Below are positions 11,476 through 20,483 of a DNA stretch of 64,000 nucleotides, piece after piece; positions within the stretch are counted from its first letter, which is position 1, and every line of letters starts with the position of its first letter. A program made the translations under genes and the position numbers. Under the pieces are notes generated by a model. That model ran no database searches. It had not been told where the DNA came from and saw only the letters and a program-made list of their open reading frames with translations. Source of the DNA: Desulfuromonadales bacterium (GTDB lineage Bacteria > Desulfobacterota > Desulfuromonadia > Desulfuromonadales > UBA2197); the NCBI GenBank assembly GCA_014859605.1, contig JACUTW010000001.1, positions 14,527 through 78,526 on the forward strand, given 5' to 3'.

Positions 11476-13071
11476 ATGTCCGAGTATGGCACACTGCAAG
11501 ACCGCGTACGTTGTAAATCCCTGATGAGTAAAGTCATGACTGCCGAGCAGACCATCCCGATGTTTAAAGATGGTATGAACCTTGGTTGGTCCGGTTTTAC
11601 CCCGGCCGGTTATCCTAAAGTTGTCCCCATCGCTCTGGCCGAGCATGTCGAAAAGAACAACCTGCAGGGCAAACTCAAATTCAACCTCTTTATCGGTGCC
11701 TCGGTCGGTGCTGAAACCGAAGATCGCTGGGCGGTCAACGACATGATCGATCGTCGCTGGCCTTATCAGACCGGCAAGAACATCGCCGCAGGGATCAATG
11801 CCGGCCGCATCCGCATGGGCGACAAGCACCTTTCCCTCTTTGCCCAGGATCTCGGCTACGGTTTTTATACCAAGGATTCGGCGAGCGGCAAGCTTGACCT
11901 CGCCATCATCGAAGTTTCAGGCATCACCGAAGACGGCGGCCTGATTCCGACCTCGTCCTGCGGCGTTATCCCTGAAATTCTCATGATCTGCGACAAGATC
12001 ATCGTCGAGGTCAACACCGGACAGCCCTCCTTCGAGGGGATCCACGACATCGTTTCCTGTAACCACCCGCCGAATCGTCAGGTGCTTAACATCACCAAGG
12101 CTGATTCCCGCATCGGCACCACCTACTGCCCCTGCGATCCGAGCAAAATCGTTGCCATCGTCGAGTCCAAACTCCGCGACCAGGGTCGCGCCTTTGCAGA
12201 GCAGGATGACACCTCCGAAGCGATCGCTGGCCATGTTATCGACTTCTTCACCCACGAAGTGAAGGCTGGTCGCCTGCCGAAAAACCTCCTGCCGATCCAG
12301 TCGGGCGTCGGTTCCATCGCTAACGCCGTAATCGGCGGTCTGGCCAAAGGTCCCTTCAGCAATCTCACCGTCTACACCGAGGTTCTGCAGGATACCATGC
12401 TCGACCTCTTCGATTCCGGCAAACTCGATGCCGCTTCTTCCTGTTCCCTCTCCCTCTCGGCAGAGCCGGGCTTCCCGAAGTTCTTTGCCAACATGGACAA
12501 GTATTTCGACAAGATCACCCTGCGCCCCCTGTCGATCTCCAACGCGCCGGAGCCGATCCGTCGTTTGGGGTGTATCGCCATGAATACCCCGGTTGAGATT
12601 GACATCTACGCTCACGCCAACTCCACCCTGGTCGGCGGTACCCGCATGATCAACGGTCTCGGCGGTTCTGGCGACTTCCTGCGCAACGGCTACCTGAAGA
12701 TGATGCACACCCCGTCGAGCCGGCCTTCCAAGACCGATCCGACCGGTATCTCCTGCGTCGTTCCGCACTGCTCGCACATCGACCACACCGAGCACGACCT
12801 CGACTGCGTTATCACCGAGCAGGGTCTGGCCGACGTCCGCGGCTTGGCTCCAAAGGACCGCGCCCGTCGCATCATCGAGAAGTGCGCCCATCCGGAGTAC
12901 AAAGACCAGCTCAACGAGTATCTGAACATTGCTGAAGCCGACTGCCTCAAGCGTAACGTCGGGCACGAGCCGCAGCTTTGGGATCGCGCTTTCAAGATGC
13001 ACCTCAATCTTGAGAAGAACGGCACCATGAAACTCAAGAACTGGGATGTCAAAGTCGATCTCTGCGAATAG
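11476..13071 (+). CDS. Acetyl-CoA hydrolase/transferase family protein (succinyl:acetate CoA-transferase type)
   Basis: 531 aa. Family motifs GFTPAGYPK and GLGGSGDFLRN. RBS GAAGGAGAG. Lies in a TCA gene neighbourhood. Confidence 0.85.
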   Translation: MSEYGTLQDRVRCKSLMSKVMTAEQTIPMFKDGMNLGWSGFTPAGYPKVVPIALAEHVEKNNLQGKLKFNLFIGASVGAETEDRWAVNDMIDRRWPYQTGKNIAAGINAGRIRMGDKHLSLFAQDLGYGFYTKDSASGKLDLAIIEVSGITEDGGLIPTSSCGVIPEILMICDKIIVEVNTGQPSFEGIHDIVSCNHPPNRQVLNITKADSRIGTTYCPCDPSKIVAIVESKLRDQGRAFAEQDDTSEAIAGHVIDFFTHEVKAGRLPKNLLPIQSGVGSIANAVIGGLAKGPFSNLTVYTEVLQDTMLDLFDSGKLDAASSCSLSLSAEPGFPKFFANMDKYFDKITLRPLSISNAPEPIRRLGCIAMNTPVEIDIYAHANSTLVGGTRMINGLGGSGDFLRNGYLKMMHTPSSRPSKTDPTGISCVVPHCSHIDHTEHDLDCVITEQGLADVRGLAPKDRARRIIEKCAHPEYKDQLNEYLNIAEADCLKRNVGHEPQLWDRAFKMHLNLEKNGTMKLKNWDVKVDLCE

Positions 13072-13100
13072 TTCTCGCAGTAATCTTTCATCTCCAACAA

Positions 13101-13132
13101 AAAAGCCCGCCGGTTATCCGGTGGGCTTTTTT
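13101..13132 (+). terminator. Intrinsic terminator after the CoA-transferase gene
   Basis: GCCCGCCGG-TTAT-CCGGTGGGC followed by TTTTTT. Confidence 0.8.
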
Positions 13133-13156
13133 GTTGGATTGTTACTTTTAATGCGG

Positions 13157-13246
13157 TCGCAAATTTTCTCTGTCATCCCCGCAGGGTTCTATCGGGGATC
13201 CATGGGTTTAAAGTCTGGATTCCCGATAAAACACTCGGGAATGACA
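13157..13246 (-). repeat. MITE/REP-like nested palindromic element, copy B (inverted, shorter)
   Basis: 76-nt core at 13171-13246 equals the reverse-complement layout of copies A and C. The left flank TCGCAAATTTTCTC matches the reverse complement of the right flank of copy A. Confidence 0.75.
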
Positions 13247-13264
13247 ATCTTTTCTGTTGGATCG

Positions 13265-13966
13265 TTACTTTTGCAAGCGCAGATCGTATCGTTCCGCCAG
13301 TAAAGCCCGGAGCCGGCTCATAAAGACAGAACCGGGATCGACTTTATCCGTAAAACGATACGTAGTGTCATCTTCGCGGTAAAGTTGATAATGCAGCAAA
13401 GTGTTATCACGGTATTCATGGTGACCGATAAGAAAACGAATCGACGCCTGGCGCTGCACAATGCGGCTGATGAGGGCAGCATTGGCTTCGAGCTGGGCCA
13501 GCGTCAGATCATCGGCATCAACGGCAATATTCTCGATGCCGATGGCCGTATGATTAAAGCCGATGATATGCCGGCACAAAACATCCTCTGCAGCGAGTTG
13601 ATACAGGCTACCGTCGCGGTCAACCAGGTAGTGCGCCGATACATTCACCTCCCCGCCGCCGGCAATATCCCCCCGGATCTGCTGATCAATACGGGGAGGA
13701 CGGAAGAAATCCAGAGATTTTTCCCGCGTCGGAATGGTTGTGTAATGGACGACGATCATCTGCGGCTTGCTCAGAATGGAGGTGGCGGCGCCGTAGTGGC
13801 GCTGCGCATACTCTGCTGTCAGTTGCAACCGTTCTGCAGCGAAGATCGACGTCTGGATCGCCTGCGGATCGAGAGTTGCGGCTGACGCGTGTAGAGACGC
13901 GACCGTACTGAAACAAAAGAGCATACAGAAAAAGACCTGCCGGGGTTTCTTTAAAAAAAATGTCAT
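13265..13966 (-). CDS. N-acetylmuramoyl-L-alanine amidase (amidase_2/AmpD-PGRP fold), secreted
   Basis: Signal peptide. Motifs VVHYT..., SAHYLVDRDGSLYQL and IGFNHTAIGIENI are typical of the family. Confidence 0.8.
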   Translation of the reverse strand: MTFFLKKPRQVFFCMLFCFSTVASLHASAATLDPQAIQTSIFAAERLQLTAEYAQRHYGAATSILSKPQMIVVHYTTIPTREKSLDFFRPPRIDQQIRGDIAGGGEVNVSAHYLVDRDGSLYQLAAEDVLCRHIIGFNHTAIGIENIAVDADDLTLAQLEANAALISRIVQRQASIRFLIGHHEYRDNTLLHYQLYREDDTTYRFTDKVDPGSVFMSRLRALLAERYDLRLQK

Positions 13967-14117
13967 GACGATATCCGCAAAAAAAAATAAGGATTAAACT
14001 GAATATTCGCAGTATCATAGCACTGCTGAAAATGTGCGATGTGAAGCAGTTCTGGCCTTTTGGCAAAATTCCGTTAAAATTCAGAGAAATATTCCAGATG
14101 GCGAAGGGTTGATCCTT

Positions 14118-16433
14118 ATGTCTCTACACTTCACAAAAAATTTAATCAAGACACTTTTGGTCGGCGCACTCCTCATTCCCGCCCCCCTTTGGGCCGCGAT
14201 CATTGAATATGATCTGACTGTTGCCCGCCAACACCTCAACATGACCGGCAAGCCGGCCGCGGCGATGACTATCAATGGCACCATCCCCGGCCCAACCCTA
14301 CGCTTCAGCGAAGGAGATCTTGCCCGCATCCGGGTGCACAACGCCATGCCGGAAGAGACCTCTATCCACTGGCACGGTATTCTCGTCCCGCCAGATATGG
14401 ACGGAGTGCCGCTTTTGAGCTTCCCGCCTATTGCCGCCGGTGCGACCTTCACCTATGAATTTCCCCTTCGCCAAAGCGGCACCTATTGGTATCACTCCCA
14501 TAGCGGCATGCAGGAACAGAGCGGCCTCTATGGCGCCATCGTCATCACCCCGCGCGAGCCCGAAGCGGATCCGGCAGATCGCGAAGAGGTGATCCTCTTC
14601 TCTGACTGGACCGACGAAGATCCACATGAGGTCATGCGTACCCTCAAACGGGGGAGCGAACGCTTTGCTCTGGAGAAGGGGAGCGCCCAGAGCCTGATCG
14701 GCGCCGCCAGGCTTGGCCTACTCGGCGCTTACTTGAAACGGGATCTGCAGCGGATGCCGTCTATGGATATCGCTGATGTCGCCTACGACTATTTTCTCGC
14801 CAACGGTGCTCCGGAGATCGCCTTGGACGCAGCTCGAGGTGATACGCTGCGACTGCGCCTGATCAACGGCTCATCAACCAGCTACTTTTTCCTGGAATTC
14901 GCCGGCGGACCACTGCAGATCATCAGTACCGACGGTCAGCCGGTCGAACCTGTCGAGGAGCAGCGCCTGCTGATCGCAGTGGCAGAGACCTATGACGTCC
15001 TCATCACCGTCCCCACGGATGGGACTTACGAACTGCGCGCCACCGCTCACGATGGCTCGGGTTACGCCTCGGTCTGGATCGGCAGCGGCGAACGTCACCC
15101 TGCCCCGGTCGTTCCCAAGCCCAACCTCTATGCCGGCATGGGTAGTGGCTCTCTGCACCAGCTCTTCGCCCTCACCCCGGAAGGGAGTACGGGGATGACC
15201 GATGCAATGGTCGCGGCCGGTCACTTTGACCAACCCGGTATGCACGGCATGGATATGGACCACTCTGATCCGATGGAGATGGATCATGCCATGATGGCAA
15301 TGGAGCATGACGAAGAAATGGCGCATGCCGGTCATCACATGTCGCAGGCAGCAGCTCCGGTCCCCCCTTCTGTCGCACTCCCCCGCCGCGACGGGCGGGG
15401 ACACCGCACCGACTTCCGGCTTCTGGGAGGCGATGTGGCCATGGCCGGGCAACTCGCCATTGACGGCATGGACCCTGAGCGCCCCTGGTCACCCTACTCC
15501 CGCCTGCGCGCGCGTCAGTCGACCGCTCTCCCTGCAGATCAGCCCTACCGCGAAATTCGCCTCACCCTCGACGGTGACATGAGCCGCTACGTCTGGTCTT
15601 TCGACAACATCCCCCTCGCGGAGAGTGATGATATCTTGATCCGTGCCGGTGAAACCGTCCGCTTCATCATGATCAACCGCACGATGATGCACCACCCGAT
15701 CCATTTGCACGGCCATTTCTTCCGGGTTATCAACGGTCAGGAAGAACATGCACCGCTCAAACACACCGTCGATGTCCCACCCATGGCAACGACAATCATT
15801 GAATTTGCTGCCGATGAAATCGGTGACTGGTTCTTCCACTGCCACCTCCTTTATCACATGGATAGCGGCATGGCACGAGTCATTCACTATGAAGATTTCC
15901 CCCTCTCACCTGAGCTCGCGCTTCTTCGGCCCCGGATTTACCATGATCCCTGGTATTTCTGGGGCGAAACAGACATTCTCAGCAACATGAGTTCAGGATT
16001 TTTGACGAGCGCCAATACCCGCAACAACCTGACTGCAGCATGGAAAGCCGGCTGGCAAGAGGTGGAAGGGACCGATTGGGAAGCTCTCTTCACTTGGGAG
16101 CGTTATCACAACCGCTTCTTCACTCTCTTTGCCGGCGGCGAATTCGGCAACATCCGTGATAAAAATCGCGCTGTGGCCGGCATCCACTACCTGCTCCCCT
16201 TCCTTCTGGAGACCACGGCCCTGATTGGCAGCGACGGCGAAAGTCGGGTCGAGATGAGCAAATCCTTCCACTTGCTGCCGCGCCTCGCTCTGCATGGCCA
16301 CATCGAGTACGATAGCGAGCACTTCTGGGAGTATCGGGCCGGACTCTCTTACACCTTGAGTAAATCCTGGAGCCTGCGCAGTGAGTGGCACTCCGATTAT
16401 CGTTGGGGAGGGGGGCTGCAGGTACGATTCTGA
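14118..16433 (+). CDS. copA: Copper-resistance multicopper oxidase (CopA-like) fused to a C-terminal CopB-like outer-membrane domain
   Basis: Start moved to the ATG at 14118 (RBS GAAGGG, then a signal peptide). MCO copper-ligand motifs are HWHG, YWYHSH, HPIHLHGH and HCHLLYHMDSGM. Met/His-rich insert at about 15235-15350. A 178-aa tail ends ...GGGLQVRF. Confidence 0.85.
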   Translation: MSLHFTKNLIKTLLVGALLIPAPLWAAIIEYDLTVARQHLNMTGKPAAAMTINGTIPGPTLRFSEGDLARIRVHNAMPEETSIHWHGILVPPDMDGVPLLSFPPIAAGATFTYEFPLRQSGTYWYHSHSGMQEQSGLYGAIVITPREPEADPADREEVILFSDWTDEDPHEVMRTLKRGSERFALEKGSAQSLIGAARLGLLGAYLKRDLQRMPSMDIADVAYDYFLANGAPEIALDAARGDTLRLRLINGSSTSYFFLEFAGGPLQIISTDGQPVEPVEEQRLLIAVAETYDVLITVPTDGTYELRATAHDGSGYASVWIGSGERHPAPVVPKPNLYAGMGSGSLHQLFALTPEGSTGMTDAMVAAGHFDQPGMHGMDMDHSDPMEMDHAMMAMEHDEEMAHAGHHMSQAAAPVPPSVALPRRDGRGHRTDFRLLGGDVAMAGQLAIDGMDPERPWSPYSRLRARQSTALPADQPYREIRLTLDGDMSRYVWSFDNIPLAESDDILIRAGETVRFIMINRTMMHHPIHLHGHFFRVINGQEEHAPLKHTVDVPPMATTIIEFAADEIGDWFFHCHLLYHMDSGMARVIHYEDFPLSPELALLRPRIYHDPWYFWGETDILSNMSSGFLTSANTRNNLTAAWKAGWQEVEGTDWEALFTWERYHNRFFTLFAGGEFGNIRDKNRAVAGIHYLLPFLLETTALIGSDGESRVEMSKSFHLLPRLALHGHIEYDSEHFWEYRAGLSYTLSKSWSLRSEWHSDYRWGGGLQVRF

Positions 16434-16461
16434 AAACTTTTTTCGCGGCGTTGCGCACTGC

Positions 16462-16516
16462 AAAGACAACAGAGGACACGCGCCAAACTGATGCGTGTCC
16501 CCTGTTGTCTTTATTT
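16462..16516. terminator. Long hairpin between convergent copA-fusion and cus operon ends
   Basis: 20-bp arms, AAAGACAACAGAGGACACGC / GCGTGTCCCCTGTTGTCTTT (one mismatch), with an 11-nt loop. Confidence 0.65.
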
Positions 16517-16618
16517 ACCAGTTCGAATTTCTACCAGCCCGACAGTTCAGACAAAACCAGACGAACCCGAGAGTTCGTCGCTGAAGACTTGTAACTACGG
16601 TTTGGTCATTGAATCCAG

Positions 16619-17092
16619 CTATTTGATTTCGTATTTAAGCTCAAACTGGCGTTTCACACCATCAGCCAACTGCGTGCCCACCGCGAAGTGATACGCACCT
16701 TTGCGGTCAAGAACAATGTCAGCGCCAAAATGCGCATCCATGCCGATCATCTTGATCGCCTTGCCCTCTTTGCCGTCCGGTCCTTTGATCTTGACAGCGA
16801 CCACCCCTTCTTCGATGGTCTTGCCGTCCCTGGCATTATAGAAGTGAATCATCAGATGATGGGTCTCTTTCATCCCCATCTTTGCCATGGTTGCCTTGAC
16901 ATCGTTGAGGTAGACCACCGCCTTGACCCCGTCGACGGTCTGTTCACCGACCGTTATCATCCCTTTGTGAATGTCCCCTTTTTTGCTCATGCTGCCATGG
17001 TCCATCCCCGCCATATCGTGTTTCATGGCAAAGCTGATTCCCGGAAGGGCAAGCAAAACAACCAGACAGCTTGTGAACAATGTCTTTTTCAT
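16619..17092 (-). CDS. Periplasmic Met/His-rich putative metal (Cu/Ag)-binding protein
   Basis: Signal peptide followed by MKHDMAGMDHGSM. Last gene of the cus operon, occupying the position a CusF-type chaperone would. Family not recognised. Confidence 0.55.
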   Translation of the reverse strand: MKKTLFTSCLVVLLALPGISFAMKHDMAGMDHGSMSKKGDIHKGMITVGEQTVDGVKAVVYLNDVKATMAKMGMKETHHLMIHFYNARDGKTIEEGVVAVKIKGPDGKEGKAIKMIGMDAHFGADIVLDRKGAYHFAVGTQLADGVKRQFELKYEIK

Positions 17093-17162
17093 GATCTTTC
17101 TCCTGTTTTGGTTAGTGGTTTATGATCGCAGGGACAAAGCAACACAGACGTGCTCCCCTTCC

Positions 17163-20100
17163 CTACTCTTCAATATCGCCCGGCGCCGTCGGTTCCTGGC
17201 TCTTTTTCAGACTCCGTCCCCGCCATAGATAAAAGATTACCGGATAGACGAGGAGTTCCATGATGCCCGAAGTGACGACCCCGCCGACCATCGGTGCGGC
17301 AATACGCTTCATAACGTCGGCACCGGCACCATGACTCCACATGATCGGCAACAGACCGGCGATGATGACGGTGATTGTCATGACTTTGGGACGAATGCGT
17401 TTGACGGCGCCGTGGTGGATCGCCTGTTTCAGGTCACCGAGAGTGAGCATCCGCCCCTTCTCCTGCCAGTTTTTGTAAGCCAGATCGAGGTACAGAAGCA
17501 TGACCACACCGGTCTCGGCATCGAGGCCGGCGAGGGCGATAATCCCGACCCAGACCGCAATCGAGGTGTTGTAACCGAGCAGGTAAAGGAACCAGAAGGC
17601 CCCGACCAGAGAAAAGGGGACGGCAAGAAAGACGATGCCGGTTTTGATCAAACTCTTGGTGCTGATGTAGATAATGACAAAGATCACCAGGATCGTCAGG
17701 GGGATAATCAGCAGCAGCCGCTCTTTGGCCTTCTCCATGTATTCGAACTGGCCGCTCCAGACCAGGTTGTAGCCCGGCGGCAACTGCACGTGCTTCTCAA
17801 CCGCTTCCTTGGCGCTGGTGACGTAAGAGCCGATATCGCTCCCCTCCAGATCGATGTAGACCCAGGCGGTGCGCCGTGAATTCTCGCTCTTGATACTGTC
17901 GGCATCACGCTTGACCGCAAAAGTCCCGAGCTGCGCCAGCGGGATCTGTCGACCGCCGGCAGCGCCGACCAGAACGCGACCGAGGGCCTCAGGGTCACTG
18001 CGGAAGTCACGGAAATAGCGGACGCTGATCGGGTAGCGCTCCAGCCCTTCGACGGTCTCCGAGACCGCCATGCCGCCGATGGCGGTTTGGAAAGTCTGCT
18101 GAATCGCATCGACGCTGATGCCGTAACGGGCGGCGGCGGCGCGGTCGATGGTGAAGTCGAGATAAGAGCCGCCGACAGTGCGCTCGGCAATCGCCGAGAG
18201 GGTGCCGGGGACGGTGCGGACCACCGCTTCGACCTCTTCGCCGAGTCGGGACAGGACAGCGAGGTCCGGCCCCATGATCTTGATCCCGACCGGGGTCTTG
18301 ATGCCGGTGGAGAGCATGTCGATGCGGGTCTTGATCGGCATCGTCCAGGCGTTGGTCAGACCGGGGAACTGGATCGCCCGGTTGAGCTCAGCGGAGAGTT
18401 CCTTGACGGTAATCCGCCGACTCTCCGGAAGGATCAGACGCAGCGGCGGCTTAAGAAAATCCGGCCAGCCCGAATAAAACCGCTGCACCGGCACGTCGCG
18501 CCATGCTTCTTCGGGCTTGAGCATGATCGTCGTCTCGATCATCATCATCGGCGCCGGATCGGTAGCGGTTTCAGCCCGCCCGATCTTGCCGAAGACCCGC
18601 TCGACTTCGGGAAACTGGCGGATGATCCGGTCGGTCTGCTGCAGCAACTCCTTGGCTTTGGTCACCGAGAGCCCGGGCAGGGTCGTCGGCATGTAAAGTA
18701 GATCCCCTTCGTAAAGGGGGGGCATGAACTCCGACCCCATCTTGCTCAACGGCCAGGCGATAGAGAGGACCGCCACCAGGGCAACGGTAAGGGTCGCCAC
18801 CCGCCATTTGAGGACGAAATCGACCATCGGATGATAGATGCGAATCAGGAAGCGGTTGATCGGATTCGCTTCTTCCGGCTTGATCTTGCCGCGCACCAGC
18901 CAAAGCATCAGGACCGGCACCAGAGTGATCGACAGGAGGGCGGCGGCGCCCATGGCGTAGGTCTTGGTGTAGGCGAGGGGCTTGAACATCCGCCCTGCCT
19001 GCTCCTGCAGGGTAAAGACCGGGAAGAAGGAGACGGTGATGACCAGCAGCGAGAAGAAGAGGGTCGGTCCGACCTCTTTGGCGGCATCAAGGATGATCTG
19101 GCCATGCGGCTTTTTGCCGCGATCCCGTTCCAGGTGCTTGTGGGCATTTTCGATCATGATGATCGCCGCGTCGATCATCGCGCCGATGGCGATGGCGATG
19201 CCGCCGAGGCTCATGATATTGGCGTTGATCCCTTGGGCATGCATGATAGTGAAAGCCATGAGGATCGCCACCGGCAGGGTAAAGATGGCGACAAAGGCGC
19301 TGGGGAGGTGCCAAAGGAAGAGGAGGGTGACCAAGGCGACGACGATACTCTCCTCAAGAAGTTTCTCCTTGAGAGTCGAGACCGCCCGCTCGATCAGCCC
19401 GGAGCGGTCATAGACCGGGATGATCTTCACCCCTTCCGGGAGTCCGGCCTGCAGTTCTGTAAGCTTGGCCTTGACATTTTCGATGGTGGCAAGGGCATTT
19501 TCACCGAAACGCATGACAACGATGCCGCCGACCACTTCCCCCTGGCCGTCGAGTTCAGCGACCCCGCGCCGCATCTCCGGGCCGATGCGCACCTCGGCAA
19601 GATCACGCACCAGGATCGGCGTCCCTTGCGGTGAAGCCATGACGACGATGTTGCGGATATCTTCCACCGACTTGATGTAGCCGCGACTGCGCAGGACATA
19701 TTCGGTCTCGCCGCTCTCGATCGCTCCGCCGCCGACATCAAGATTGTTCTTCTCGATCGCCATCATCAGCTCGCTGATCGGGATCATGTAGGCCTGAAGT
19801 TTGTTCGGGTCGACGAGGACCTGATACTCTTTGACAAAGCCGCCAAGGCTGGCCACCTCGGAGACACCGTCGACCGAGGTCAGCTCATAGCGCAGAAACC
19901 AATCCTGGATGGAGCGCAACTGCTGCAGGTCGTGGCGGTCGCTGGTCAAGGCGTATTCATACACCCAGCCGACACCGGTGGCATCGGGGCCGAGGGTGGG
20001 ATTCACCCCTTTGGGAAGGCGGCCGGCAAGGGTACTGAGCGATTCGAGGACCCGCGAACGCGCCCAGTAAAGGTCGGTGCCGTCCTCGAAGATGATATAG

Positions 20101-20378
20101 ACAAAGGAGTAGCCAAAAAAGGAGTAGCCGCGCACCGTCTTTGCCCCCGGCACCGAGAGCATGCGGGTAGTGAGCGGGTAAGTGACCTGATCCTCGACTA
20201 CCTGCGGCGCCTGGCCGGGATATTCGGTAAAGACGATGACCTGCACATCCGAAAGGTCGGGGATGGCGTCAAGCGGCGTATTTTTCAGGGAATAGATCCC
20301 GCCAATCACCAGAAAGAGGGTGGCGAGGACGACCATGAAGGTATTGCGCAGGGACCAGGCGATTATTTTTTCGAGCAT
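17163..20378 (-). CDS. cusA: Heavy-metal efflux RND pump, CusA/CzcA family
   Basis: About 1070 aa and 12 TM segments, with HME-RND sequence throughout. Start set at MLEKIIAWSLRN (20378). The longer ORF start (20423) would lie inside the intercistronic palindrome. Confidence 0.93.
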   Translation of the reverse strand: MLEKIIAWSLRNTFMVVLATLFLVIGGIYSLKNTPLDAIPDLSDVQVIVFTEYPGQAPQVVEDQVTYPLTTRMLSVPGAKTVRGYSFFGYSFVYIIFEDGTDLYWARSRVLESLSTLAGRLPKGVNPTLGPDATGVGWVYEYALTSDRHDLQQLRSIQDWFLRYELTSVDGVSEVASLGGFVKEYQVLVDPNKLQAYMIPISELMMAIEKNNLDVGGGAIESGETEYVLRSRGYIKSVEDIRNIVVMASPQGTPILVRDLAEVRIGPEMRRGVAELDGQGEVVGGIVVMRFGENALATIENVKAKLTELQAGLPEGVKIIPVYDRSGLIERAVSTLKEKLLEESIVVALVTLLFLWHLPSAFVAIFTLPVAILMAFTIMHAQGINANIMSLGGIAIAIGAMIDAAIIMIENAHKHLERDRGKKPHGQIILDAAKEVGPTLFFSLLVITVSFFPVFTLQEQAGRMFKPLAYTKTYAMGAAALLSITLVPVLMLWLVRGKIKPEEANPINRFLIRIYHPMVDFVLKWRVATLTVALVAVLSIAWPLSKMGSEFMPPLYEGDLLYMPTTLPGLSVTKAKELLQQTDRIIRQFPEVERVFGKIGRAETATDPAPMMMIETTIMLKPEEAWRDVPVQRFYSGWPDFLKPPLRLILPESRRITVKELSAELNRAIQFPGLTNAWTMPIKTRIDMLSTGIKTPVGIKIMGPDLAVLSRLGEEVEAVVRTVPGTLSAIAERTVGGSYLDFTIDRAAAARYGISVDAIQQTFQTAIGGMAVSETVEGLERYPISVRYFRDFRSDPEALGRVLVGAAGGRQIPLAQLGTFAVKRDADSIKSENSRRTAWVYIDLEGSDIGSYVTSAKEAVEKHVQLPPGYNLVWSGQFEYMEKAKERLLLIIPLTILVIFVIIYISTKSLIKTGIVFLAVPFSLVGAFWFLYLLGYNTSIAVWVGIIALAGLDAETGVVMLLYLDLAYKNWQEKGRMLTLGDLKQAIHHGAVKRIRPKVMTITVIIAGLLPIMWSHGAGADVMKRIAAPMVGGVVTSGIMELLVYPVIFYLWRGRSLKKSQEPTAPGDIEE

Positions 20379-20413
20379 GAGAATTCCGTTCTGTACCGGA
20401 TAACGGCGAATTC

Positions 20414-20479
20414 GTAGGGGCACGGCGCGCCGTGCCCGATTGAATGTATCGAAACGGGCACGGCACGCCGTGCCCCTAC
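20414..20479 (-). promoter_or_regulatory. Intercistronic nested palindrome (25-bp arms, 16-nt loop) between cusB and cusA
   Basis: GTAGGGGCACGGCGCGCCGTGCCCG ... CGGGCACGGCACGCCGTGCCCCTAC. The left arm contains a perfect 18-nt palindrome of its own; the right arm's has one mismatch. Begins 4 nt after the cusB stop. Confidence 0.6.
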
Positions 20480-20483
20480 ACTC

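Noticed and set aside
20379-20423. Longest-ORF N-terminal extensions of cusA (to 20423), cusB (to 22004), the copA fusion (from 14034), fabD (to 53526), the M48 protease (to 57511), dCMP deaminase (to 48438) and the GGDEF protein (from 35854)
   Set aside because: The extensions lack an RBS, overlap upstream genes or structured elements, and precede obvious signal peptides or conserved N-termini. Internal starts with Shine-Dalgarno sequences were preferred.
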